From an uncultured Oscillospiraceae bacterium (GTDB lineage Bacteria; Bacillota; Clostridia; Christensenellales; CAG-138): DNA of 64,000 nucleotides. The position numbers and the translations under genes were made by a program. Below are positions 56,414-64,000 of the stretch, piece by piece (position 1 is the stretch's first letter; every line of letters begins with the position of its first letter). Location: assembly GCA_964496795.1 (NCBI GenBank), contig CAZCAV010000002.1, forward strand, positions 13,900 through 77,899. Direction: 5' to 3'. Under the pieces are notes generated by a model. The model was not told the DNA's origin. It was given only the letters and a program-made list of their open reading frames with translations, and made no database searches.

Positions 56414-57356
56414 GCTCCGCCTCCAAAATACTTTTGGCAATCCATTCTGCTGTCCCTGCAGCACCATCAGAAACATCCAGCCAGCGTATATCCGGATCGC
56501 GTTTGAACCAGGTATATTGGCGCTTGGCGTAATGGTGCGTATCAAGCTTGATACGCTCAACTGCCTCCGCCAAACTGCATTCTCTATCGAAATATGCAAA
56601 TAATTGCCTATAACCAATCGACTGCATAGCCGGCAGAGAGCGATCGTAGTCATGCGACCATATGGCATGCGCCTCTCGCTCAAGGCCAGCGCTCATCATG
56701 CTGTCCACGCGCTCATCTATGCGCTGATAAAGCGTCTCACGCGGCAGCGTCAGGCCGAACAAACGAGACGGATATGGCGGTGGCAGTAAGTGCGCATGCG
56801 CAAAGCCATTTCCGTATTCAGATAGCGGCTTTCCGGCGCAATCGAAGACTTCGAGCGCACGAACGATCCTCTTTTTATCGTTGCGGTGCAAGCGTTGAGC
56901 GCTCAATGGATCAACCAGATTCAAGCGCTGCCATGCTGCTTCGGGCGAGGCGTCGTATTGATCTTCGCAGCGCTTGCGTACGGCCGGATCGGATGGAACG
57001 GCAAAGTTGAGCGCCTGCGTCAGCGCGTTGACATACAAGCCGCTTCCTCCGACGATCAGCGGAATTCGCGTGCGGGAAACAATATCCGGAATGCACGCCA
57101 GCGCTGCTTCGCGGTAACCGGATACGGAACAGCCGGAGGAATCGATGTCAAAGCAATCAAGCATGTGGTGCGGAACGCCTTGCCGTTCCACCATGGTCGG
57201 CTTAGCAGAGCCAATGTCCATGCCGCGATATACCTGTACGGAATCGGCTGAAAGTATCTCCGCATTCACAAGCTTCGCAACCTGCACTCCTACGGAGGTT
57301 TTCCCGCAGGCAGTGGGGCCGACGATACCATATAACACCGTATTCCCGTATGTCAT
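56400..57356 (-). CDS. miaA: tRNA dimethylallyltransferase
   Basis: P-loop GPTACGKT and SADSVQVYRGMDIGSAKP motif. The ATG at 57356 forms an ATGA overlap with the mutL stop. An alternative start at 57374 is possible. Confidence 0.9.
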   Translation of the reverse strand: MTYGNTVLYGIVGPTACGKTSVGVQVAKLVNAEILSADSVQVYRGMDIGSAKPTMVERQGVPHHMLDCFDIDSSGCSVSGYREAALACIPDIVSRTRIPLIVGGSGLYVNALTQALNFAVPSDPAVRKRCEDQYDASPEAAWQRLNLVDPLSAQRLHRNDKKRIVRALEVFDCAGKPLSEYGNGFAHAHLLPPPYPSRLFGLTLPRETLYQRIDERVDSMMSAGLEREAHAIWSHDYDRSLPAMQSIGYRQLFAYFDRECSLAEAVERIKLDTHHYAKRQYTWFKRDPDIRWLDVSDGAAGTAEWIAKSILEAEHENF

Positions 57357-59140
57357 AGTATTCTTTTGAACCATTTTTCCAGTTCGGTTTTGGAGAGTCT
57401 TATAGCAATAGGCCTGCCGTGCGGGCAGCTCAAGAGCGCGTCATTGCATGATAGTGCATTCAACAGCGTTTTCATTTGTTCGCGGTCAATCGCTTCGCCG
57501 GCCTTTACGGCATGCTTGCAGGCCGCCTGGGCGACTGCATCCCTAAAGAAGCTCTGCGTGTGCAGCGCGTCCGGTTCGCCGCCGCCAAGCCTCGCCAAAG
57601 CGTCGTGAAGGAATACAGATTTCAGGGGCGTCTGGCCAATTTGAGGCACGGCCAACAGCGTAAGCTGCAAACCGTTCGGGCCGGAGAAAATAAAGCCAAA
57701 GGCTTCAAGCGCATTGCGATTATCCTGCAAAACTATGAGCTCCTCAGCGGAGAGAGTCAGTTCTTCCGGAAACAGGAGCGCTTGTGATACGACAGGCATG
57801 CTTTGGGCCATCAAGGCGTCATACAGCAAACGCTCATGGGCCGCATGCTGATCGATGCAGTACAGTACCTCGCTCTGCTGGACAAACCAGTAGGTCATAA
57901 AAGCGCAGCCGACGACGGCATATGGCTCCGAAAAAGGGGTGGGAACCGTGGCTTGACCTGCGGGAATCTGTGCGCCGGACGAAATGTGAATTCGGGGAAT
58001 GGAGCCCTCGTTTCCCTGAGCCTCATGCAAGGATCGGATTGCTGCGCCGGAAGGAACGCTCCATGCCGTTTGCGTACGCTCTGATGGAAAGCGGCTGTGA
58101 ATCAGAGGCGGCTGCTGCGTCTGTAATTCCACTTCGGCGGCTTCCGGAACGTAGCTGCGCGTCAGGGCCTCCGAGCAACATACTTGCACCGTGCGCGCCA
58201 CGCGCGCCTCGTCACGAAAGCGAACCTCAAGCTTGGCGGGATGCACGTTTACATCCACCTCTGCACTGGCAATCTGCAGTGAAAGCACGGCAAAGGGGAA
58301 ACGGCCGCTCATCAGGCGAGTATCGTAAGCGCGCGACAGCGCGTTGGAAAGGGCCGCAGAACGTATGATGCGGCGATTTAGAAACAATGCCTGCGCAGAG
58401 CGATTGAAGCGGGATATTGCGGGTGTACCGACATATCCGTTTATCTTTAAATATCCGTCGTCAAAGTCTCCTTTGACAAGCTGAGGCGCCATTTCCGGCC
58501 CATACACGCACAGGATCGCGTTTCTTAGATCGCCGTCGCCTATGGAATGATAGACGTCCTTCCCGTTGTTGATATAGCGTATGGACACCCACGGCAGCGA
58601 CATGATAAGCTTGGCCGCATAGTCGCCGATGGCGCCGCTTTCAGCCCGCGAGCTTTTTAAAAACTTGAGCCGGGCAGGAGCATTATAAAACAGTTCGCGC
58701 ACCTCGATTACCGTTCCCGTGGTGCAGCCGATTCGTTTGTGCCATTCAAGCTTGCCACCGCGCACGCATAACTCGCTGCCGAGCTCATCCTCGTCGGTGC
58801 GCGTTTTAAGCGTCATACAGGTTACTGCGCCAATGGAAGCGAGCGCTTCTCCGCGGAATCCAAGGGTTTCTATACGGCCAAGATCTTCCGCGGTGCGAAG
58901 CTTGCTGGTAGCATGGCGCAGGAACGCCGTTTCTACATCCTCGTCCGCAATGCCGCAGCCGTTATCGGAAATACGAATACTGTCCAGTCCGCCGTTTTCG
59001 ATCTCAATGGTCAGCGCTGTCGCGCCGGCATCCACAGCGTTTTCTACAAGCTCCTTTACGATCGAAGCCGGACGCTCGACGACCTCGCCGGCGGCGATCT
59101 GATTGGCGATATGGGCGCTCAGCACCTGTATTCTTGGCAT
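57353..59140 (-). CDS. mutL: DNA mismatch repair protein MutL
   Basis: GHKL ATPase N-terminus (IQVLSAHIANQIAAGEVVERPASIVKELVENAVDAGA...DNGCGI) and a C-terminal dimerisation domain with CPHGRP. Confidence 0.95.
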   Translation of the reverse strand: MPRIQVLSAHIANQIAAGEVVERPASIVKELVENAVDAGATALTIEIENGGLDSIRISDNGCGIADEDVETAFLRHATSKLRTAEDLGRIETLGFRGEALASIGAVTCMTLKTRTDEDELGSELCVRGGKLEWHKRIGCTTGTVIEVRELFYNAPARLKFLKSSRAESGAIGDYAAKLIMSLPWVSIRYINNGKDVYHSIGDGDLRNAILCVYGPEMAPQLVKGDFDDGYLKINGYVGTPAISRFNRSAQALFLNRRIIRSAALSNALSRAYDTRLMSGRFPFAVLSLQIASAEVDVNVHPAKLEVRFRDEARVARTVQVCCSEALTRSYVPEAAEVELQTQQPPLIHSRFPSERTQTAWSVPSGAAIRSLHEAQGNEGSIPRIHISSGAQIPAGQATVPTPFSEPYAVVGCAFMTYWFVQQSEVLYCIDQHAAHERLLYDALMAQSMPVVSQALLFPEELTLSAEELIVLQDNRNALEAFGFIFSGPNGLQLTLLAVPQIGQTPLKSVFLHDALARLGGGEPDALHTQSFFRDAVAQAACKHAVKAGEAIDREQMKTLLNALSCNDALLSCPHGRPIAIRLSKTELEKWFKRIL

Positions 59141-59142
59141 AA

Positions 59143-61767
59143 TTACTCCTTGCTCTTGAGCATGACCTGCATGGAATATAACTCATTCAACGCTTCCAAC
59201 GGCGTAATATGCTCAACGTCCAGCTCCTTGATCAAGCGCAAAACGGTATCTTCCGCCGAGGTATCCAGCAGAGACGGCTGTACGGCTGTTTCACGCAAGG
59301 GACGCTGTCTTGCGGCAATATCGGTGTACTCAAGCTCCTGCAAAATTATTTTGGCGCGATCCAGAACCTCTGCGGGCAGTCCAGCCAGACGAGCTACCTG
59401 AATGCCAAAGCTTTTATCTGCGCCGCCCCGAACAATTTTGCGCAGAAAAATAATATCATCGCCCATTTCCTTTACGGTGATACGGTAATTCTTTACGCCG
59501 GAAAGCTTTCCTTCTAGCTCGGTCAACTCATGATAATGCGTGGCGAACAGGGCAAGAGCGCCGCTCTTATCCGGATCGGCAATATGCTCCAGTACGGCCC
59601 AGGCAATGCTGAGGCCGTCAAAGGTGCTGGTTCCGCGGCCGATCTCGTCCAGTATCAGCAGGCTTTGTCTTGTGGCGTTGTGCAGTATGTTGGCAACCTC
59701 GCTCATCTCCACCATGAAGGTGCTCTGACCGGAGGCCAGATCGTCGCTTGCGCCAATGCGGGTAAAGATTCGGTCTCGTATAGCTATTTCCGCGCGATCC
59801 GCAGGAACGAAGGAGCCGATATGCGCCATCAGCGTAATCAGCGCCACCTGCCGCATGTAAGTGCTCTTTCCGGCCATGTTCGGCCCTGTGATAATCAGCA
59901 GGCGATTTTCACTGGAATCCAACAGTACGTCGTTTGGTATAAAGGCTTCCTTCATGGCCTTTTCGATCACCGGATGGCGGCCGTTCTGTATGTGTATTTC
60001 CCCTGTTGTATTCATGTGCGGACGGCGATATCGATTTTGTGCGGCCGTTTCTGCGAGCGATTGCAAACAGTCGATCAGGCTGATCGATTGCGCGTTGCTC
60101 TGCAGCCTGTCTGTGCAGGCGACAAGCTGCGCACGAATATCGCAAAACAACGCATACTCGAGTTCAATCAGACGATCCTTGGCGCCAAGGATTTTTTCCT
60201 CCATGCTTTTGAGCTCGGGTGTAATATAGCGTTCCGCGTTTGTCAGCGTCTGCTTGCGCTGATAATGGTAGGGAACCTGAGAAAGATTGGAACGGGTAAC
60301 TTCAATATAATAGCCGAATACGCGGTTATAGCCAACCTTCAGATTTCGAATGCCGCTGTTTTCGCGTTCCTCTGCTTCAAAGCGATTCAGCCACTCTCTG
60401 GATCCAGTCGTAATGGAGGTCAATTCGTCCACCTCCGCGTTATAACCGGCGCGGATAAAACCCCCGTCTTTTACGCCAGCGGGCGGTTCGTCGCATATGG
60501 CGGAGGTCAGCAGTGTATGGATATCCTCCATTGGGTCAAGGCTGAGTCCTGCCTGCTGCAAAAGCGCCTTATCGTTTCCATCAAGCTGATCCTTCAGCGC
60601 AGGGATTCTTTCCAGCGTTTGCCGAAGCGCTACGCAGTCGCGTGCGTTCAGCGCCCCATAGACGATTTTGCTGGATAGGCGTTCGATATCATAAATCCCC
60701 TTCAGCAGTGATTGGAGATTCTTTCTGACGGGCAGATCAGCCGAAAGAAATTCAACGCTGTCCAGACGCGCGTCGATTTCATCGATCTTCTGCAAAGGTC
60801 GGTCGATCCAGTCGCGCAGCATACGGCTGCCCATTCCCGTGCAGCAGTGATCCAGCAGATACAGAAGCGTGTTTTTTTTACTGCCGCCATATTGAAGCGG
60901 CTGCGTAAGCTCCAAATTCCGGCGTGTTGAAGCGTCCAACACCATATAGGAGGAACGCGATATGGTCCGCACGGCGCAAATATGCGAGAGCGCATTTTTT
61001 TGTGTTTCCTCCAGATAACGCATCAAAGCACCGGCAGCGGATATTGCAAGCGGCAGGTTCTCACAGCCAAAGCCCGATAATGTGGCTACGCCGAAATGGC
61101 GCAGGAGCCGCTCCCTGCCTGCCGACAGAGAGAACGACTGCGGCGGGGATTGCTCGATATAATAGGCGGCGGACAGCGTCTTGGACAAAAAGGGCTGCGC
61201 CATCAACTCCGGAGAGACCAGCAGCTCGGCCGGACGAATGCGTGCAAGCTCGTCCACCAGAGATATGGCGGTATTATCGCCGGATAGCTGCATTACGCAG
61301 AACTGACCGGTGGAAACGTCCGCGTATGCAAGGCCGATGGCGTCGTCTGCGTAAAGCACGGCAGCAATATAGTTGTTGCAGCCATCCTCCAGCATTTTTT
61401 CCTCGATCACCGTGCCGGGTGTGATGATGCGTATGACGTCGCGCGTAACAAGGCCCTTGGCAAGAGCCGGGTCCTCCATCTGCTCGCAGATGGCCACCTT
61501 GTATCCCTTTTCGATCAGCTTATTAATGTAGGCGTCTACCGCATGATAAGGTACGCCGCACATGGGAGCACGCTCGTCCAAGCCGCAGTCGCGGCCCGTG
61601 AGCACAAGCTCCAAAGCTGCCGAGGCGGTTTTGGCGTCCTCGAAAAACATTTCATAAAAATCGCCCAGCCGGAAAAAGAGCAAACAATCGGGATATTGCT
61701 CCTTGAGATCGAGATATTGCCGCATCATGGGCGTGATCTGTGCCGGCATACGGTTTCCTCCGCTCAA
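59143..61767 (-). CDS. mutS: DNA mismatch repair protein MutS
   Basis: TPMMRQYLDLKEQYPD and GDFYEMF mismatch-binding motifs, Walker A GPNMAGKST, and DEIGRGTST. Confidence 0.95.
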   Translation of the reverse strand: MSGGNRMPAQITPMMRQYLDLKEQYPDCLLFFRLGDFYEMFFEDAKTASAALELVLTGRDCGLDERAPMCGVPYHAVDAYINKLIEKGYKVAICEQMEDPALAKGLVTRDVIRIITPGTVIEEKMLEDGCNNYIAAVLYADDAIGLAYADVSTGQFCVMQLSGDNTAISLVDELARIRPAELLVSPELMAQPFLSKTLSAAYYIEQSPPQSFSLSAGRERLLRHFGVATLSGFGCENLPLAISAAGALMRYLEETQKNALSHICAVRTISRSSYMVLDASTRRNLELTQPLQYGGSKKNTLLYLLDHCCTGMGSRMLRDWIDRPLQKIDEIDARLDSVEFLSADLPVRKNLQSLLKGIYDIERLSSKIVYGALNARDCVALRQTLERIPALKDQLDGNDKALLQQAGLSLDPMEDIHTLLTSAICDEPPAGVKDGGFIRAGYNAEVDELTSITTGSREWLNRFEAEERENSGIRNLKVGYNRVFGYYIEVTRSNLSQVPYHYQRKQTLTNAERYITPELKSMEEKILGAKDRLIELEYALFCDIRAQLVACTDRLQSNAQSISLIDCLQSLAETAAQNRYRRPHMNTTGEIHIQNGRHPVIEKAMKEAFIPNDVLLDSSENRLLIITGPNMAGKSTYMRQVALITLMAHIGSFVPADRAEIAIRDRIFTRIGASDDLASGQSTFMVEMSEVANILHNATRQSLLILDEIGRGTSTFDGLSIAWAVLEHIADPDKSGALALFATHYHELTELEGKLSGVKNYRITVKEMGDDIIFLRKIVRGGADKSFGIQVARLAGLPAEVLDRAKIILQELEYTDIAARQRPLRETAVQPSLLDTSAEDTVLRLIKELDVEHITPLEALNELYSMQVMLKSKE

Positions 61768-62162
61768 TGCGCACAGCCGCCGCAGGAAGCGCAGTCATGC
61801 GGGCAGCCATCGGCTGTTTGGCCAATGCAGGCGTTGATTTCGTTGTTGATCGCCTCGAGCAGCGCGGAAAACGCGGCTTCAGACTTCATCATTTTTGAAA
61901 ACGTTGGATTCTCATTAAGCTGCTCGCGCAACCGTTCGATATCATTGGTCAGAGGAATGGCCTCTCTGGAATCGCCCTCGTCACTGGAAAGACTGGCCAC
62001 CAACCTTTCACGCTTTTCGGCATACTCGTTCAAAAGACCGGTCAGCGCCTCATTTTCCGTTACGGCACGCTTGGCGGCGGCAAAGTCCTGAAACTCCTGC
62101 GAATCGGCGATCATTACACCCAGCTCACGCGCTTTCTCAATCAGCATCCTGCTTTCCCCCAT
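61764..62162 (-). CDS. YlbF/YmcA-family protein with C-terminal Cys-rich tail
   Basis: Helical YlbF-like body (IEKARELGVMIADSQEF...LLNEY) ending in CPHDCASCGGCAH. The start is uncertain (62162 or 62147). Confidence 0.6.
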   Translation of the reverse strand: MGESRMLIEKARELGVMIADSQEFQDFAAAKRAVTENEALTGLLNEYAEKRERLVASLSSDEGDSREAIPLTNDIERLREQLNENPTFSKMMKSEAAFSALLEAINNEINACIGQTADGCPHDCASCGGCAH

Positions 62163-63484
62163 TGCTCTCCTACAAGCGAACTCTTGCGCACACCTGTGAC
62201 GCGCACTCTTACAAAACGGCCGGTCAGACTTTCATCACCCGGGAAATACACCATCTTGAAGTTGGAGAACTTCCCGTAGGCAAGCGGCTTTTCACGCAGA
62301 TCCGCTCCTTCGACAAGCACTTCGCCAACATAACCGTCATACCGTCGGTTTTGCGCAAGAACACGCCGTTCCTGAAGACTGTTCAACGCGTGTAAGCGCT
62401 CTTTCTTGACGGTCTCCGGCACCTGATCGGGCATGACAGCGGCCTTCGTGCCTATGCGCGGCGAGTATTTAAAGGTGAACGCATTGGCAAAATCAACGCT
62501 TGACACCATATCGAGCGTCTCTTGAAAATCCGAATCCGTTTCACCAGGAAAGCCCACGATAATATCCGTGGTAATCTCCACGTCACTCATGGCGGCGTGC
62601 AGCTTATCCACTATGGACATGTACTGCGCGCGCGTATAGCGTCGGTTCATGGCCTCCAATATACGGTCAGAGCCAGATTGCAGCGGCAAATGCACATGAT
62701 GACAGATGTTGGGCCGCAATGTCATTGTGTGAATGAGCCTGTCGCTGAGATCCTTTGGGTGCGAGGTCATAAAGCGCAGCCGTTTCAGTCCGTCAATTGC
62801 GGAAATGCGTTCAAGCAGCGCGGGGAAATCCATGCCGCTCAAGTCCTGACCGTAGGAATTGACGTTCTGGCCAAGCAAAGTAACTTCACACGCGCCCTCG
62901 GATACCAGCGAGCGTACCTCCGCTTCGATCGACTCCGGCGTACGCGAACGCTCGGGGCCGCGTACATAAGGCACGATGCAGTAGCTGCAAAAATTATTAC
63001 AGCCAAAGTTGATGTTGACAAAGGCGTTTGTGAGGCTGCCGCGTATGCTGGGGAGATTCTCCTCAATGCGTGCGCTTGCGTCGCTCACGGCAAATACGCG
63101 GTTACCGGCCGCAGCCTCGCTTAAGAAGCTGCCAAGCTGCAAAAGCTGCGCCGTGCCAAAGATCACGTCCACATAAGGAAAACGCTTATACAGCTTCTCT
63201 GCGATAGATCTCTGCTGCATCATACAGCCAAACACACCCAGAATGCGCGACGGATTCTCCTCTTTCCACTCCCGCAAAGCTCCGATGTTGCCAAATACAC
63301 GCTTTTCAGCATGCTCGCGCACGCAGCAGGTATTATACAATATGCAGTCGGCTTCGCTTTTGTCCGCCGTATGCGTGAAGCCGACGCCTTCCAAAATTCC
63401 TGCAACATGCTCGCTGTCGCGCACATTCATTTGACAGCCGAAGGTTTCTATATAGTATTTCTTGCTATCGAACAATAATTTCAT
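62141..63484 (-). CDS. miaB: tRNA-i6A37 methylthiotransferase (radical SAM)
   Basis: UPF0004 N-domain (YIETFGCQMN), radical SAM CNNFCSYCIVP, and a TRAM C-domain. The ATG at 63484 with a GGAG SD is preferred over the TTG at 63496. Confidence 0.9.
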   Translation of the reverse strand: MKLLFDSKKYYIETFGCQMNVRDSEHVAGILEGVGFTHTADKSEADCILYNTCCVREHAEKRVFGNIGALREWKEENPSRILGVFGCMMQQRSIAEKLYKRFPYVDVIFGTAQLLQLGSFLSEAAAGNRVFAVSDASARIEENLPSIRGSLTNAFVNINFGCNNFCSYCIVPYVRGPERSRTPESIEAEVRSLVSEGACEVTLLGQNVNSYGQDLSGMDFPALLERISAIDGLKRLRFMTSHPKDLSDRLIHTMTLRPNICHHVHLPLQSGSDRILEAMNRRYTRAQYMSIVDKLHAAMSDVEITTDIIVGFPGETDSDFQETLDMVSSVDFANAFTFKYSPRIGTKAAVMPDQVPETVKKERLHALNSLQERRVLAQNRRYDGYVGEVLVEGADLREKPLAYGKFSNFKMVYFPGDESLTGRFVRVRVTGVRKSSLVGEQWGKAGC

Positions 63485-63576
63485 ATCCAACTCCAATTTT
63501 CTACAAATACATTATACATGAAAACCGCTCGTAAGGAAATAGCACGACGGAGTATATTTCCATCCTGTTGTATGAG

Positions 63577-63622
63577 CAAAATAAAAGCGGCAGCCCTGAT
63601 ATCTAACATATCAAATCTGCCG
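63577..63622 (-). terminator. Minus-strand terminator-like interrupted hairpin followed by CTTTTATTTTG
   Basis: CGGCAG (63588-63593) pairs with CTGCCG (63617-63622), with inner GATAT/ATATC pairing. The U-rich tract on the minus strand is at 63577-63587. It lies about 90 nt upstream of miaB, although no annotated minus-strand ORF precedes it. Confidence 0.45.
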
Positions 63623-63672
63623 TTCTTATTGGCAAAGGCTGATAATTTTGATACGATGAAACTTTTTCAGGT

Positions 63673-63722
63673 AATCGAAAGCGTGGGTATAGCAATCGAA
63701 AGCGCAAGTATCAATCGAAAGC
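63673..63722. repeat. Three direct copies of AATCGAAAGC, spaced 21 and 19 nt start-to-start
   Basis: Copies at 63673-63682, 63694-63703 and 63713-63722, inside an AT-rich stretch of ~430 nt with no convincing ORF. Confidence 0.6.
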
Positions 63723-64000
63723 ATCGGTTTATCATCGCCGGTTTCACAAGCGCCATCTATGTAAATGCAGGTTTTGATACAATAGAAAAAGCTCCCTCTA
63801 GCCGAAAAAGGGGAAAAGGCTTGAAATAAGGGCTTCCGTGTTCAAACACTGACTTTGGTAGCCCTGTTTTCTTTATATAAACGCAACAGGTTCAGTATCT
63901 CGTGTCAATCATTGTATGCTGGCATGGTCATCTCCTACATGGTTATGGGTGACGCGATGACCGACGACGAGAAAGCTGATGTTAGCAACATTATTAAGAA

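Noticed and set aside
55148-56683. Upstream in-frame extensions of several track ORFs, for example 56414-56683 for ynbB, 3038-3169 for xdhC, 9591-9653 for ord, 10815-11009 for ortB, 12298-12396 for oraS, 26319-26426, 28022-28069 and 28650-28718.
   Set aside because: The extensions overlap the preceding gene in another frame and lack SD sequences. Internal ATGs with good SDs or ATGA stop/start coupling reproduce the expected family N-termini.
63673-63722. Possible CRISPR array.
   Set aside because: There are only three 10-nt repeats with ~10-nt spacers, far shorter than CRISPR repeats and spacers, and no cas genes anywhere in the window.
63518-63829. 103-aa plus-strand ORF in the AT-rich region beyond miaB.
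   Set aside because: It has no SD, and its composition is driven by the triple AATCGAAAGC repeat (repeated IES tripeptides). No recognisable domain. Treated as non-coding pending transcript data.

Overview
GC-rich, Clostridia-like chromosomal segment (inferred from gene content) that is densely coding, with no rRNA, tRNA, CRISPR array or obvious prophage. Left to right: ABC ATPase tail plus a large membrane protein; methyltransferase and XdhC; a 1543-aa PAS/GAF/3xGGDEF/EAL c-di-GMP protein butted against a PHP phosphoesterase and a complete oxidative ornithine (Stickland) cluster ord-ortA-ortB-oraS-oraE-glmL-like-orr; patB-like lyase; an RHH protein co-transcribed with clpB. A ~20 kb minus-strand block (43400 down to 22967) with only short gaps follows. 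It encodes a methyl-THF:corrinoid methyltransferase, a corrinoid protein, a RACE activator, DUF2284, a His-rich protein, cooT, cooC, acsD, acsC, acsE, acsB, acsV, DUF3786, a FolT-FolC fusion, a TetR regulator, a glycerol-3-P-dehydrogenase-like trio and an alkyl-DHAP-synthase-like flavoenzyme. The right part holds PucR/AIM24, a MarR-controlled heterodimeric ABC exporter, proC, rnhA, an XerS-like recombinase behind a perfect palindrome, an SOS box with lexA, then ynbB-miaA-mutL-mutS-ylbF-miaB. The most interesting points are the acetyl-CoA synthase/CFeSP cluster with nickel-maturation genes but no CODH subunit in the window, the AGPS-like enzyme translationally coupled to the G3P-dehydrogenase trio, the recombinase/palindrome module, the candidate His-rich nickel chaperone and the FolT-FolC fusion. 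All family calls rest on reading the translated ORFs and recalled motifs, since no database search was possible.
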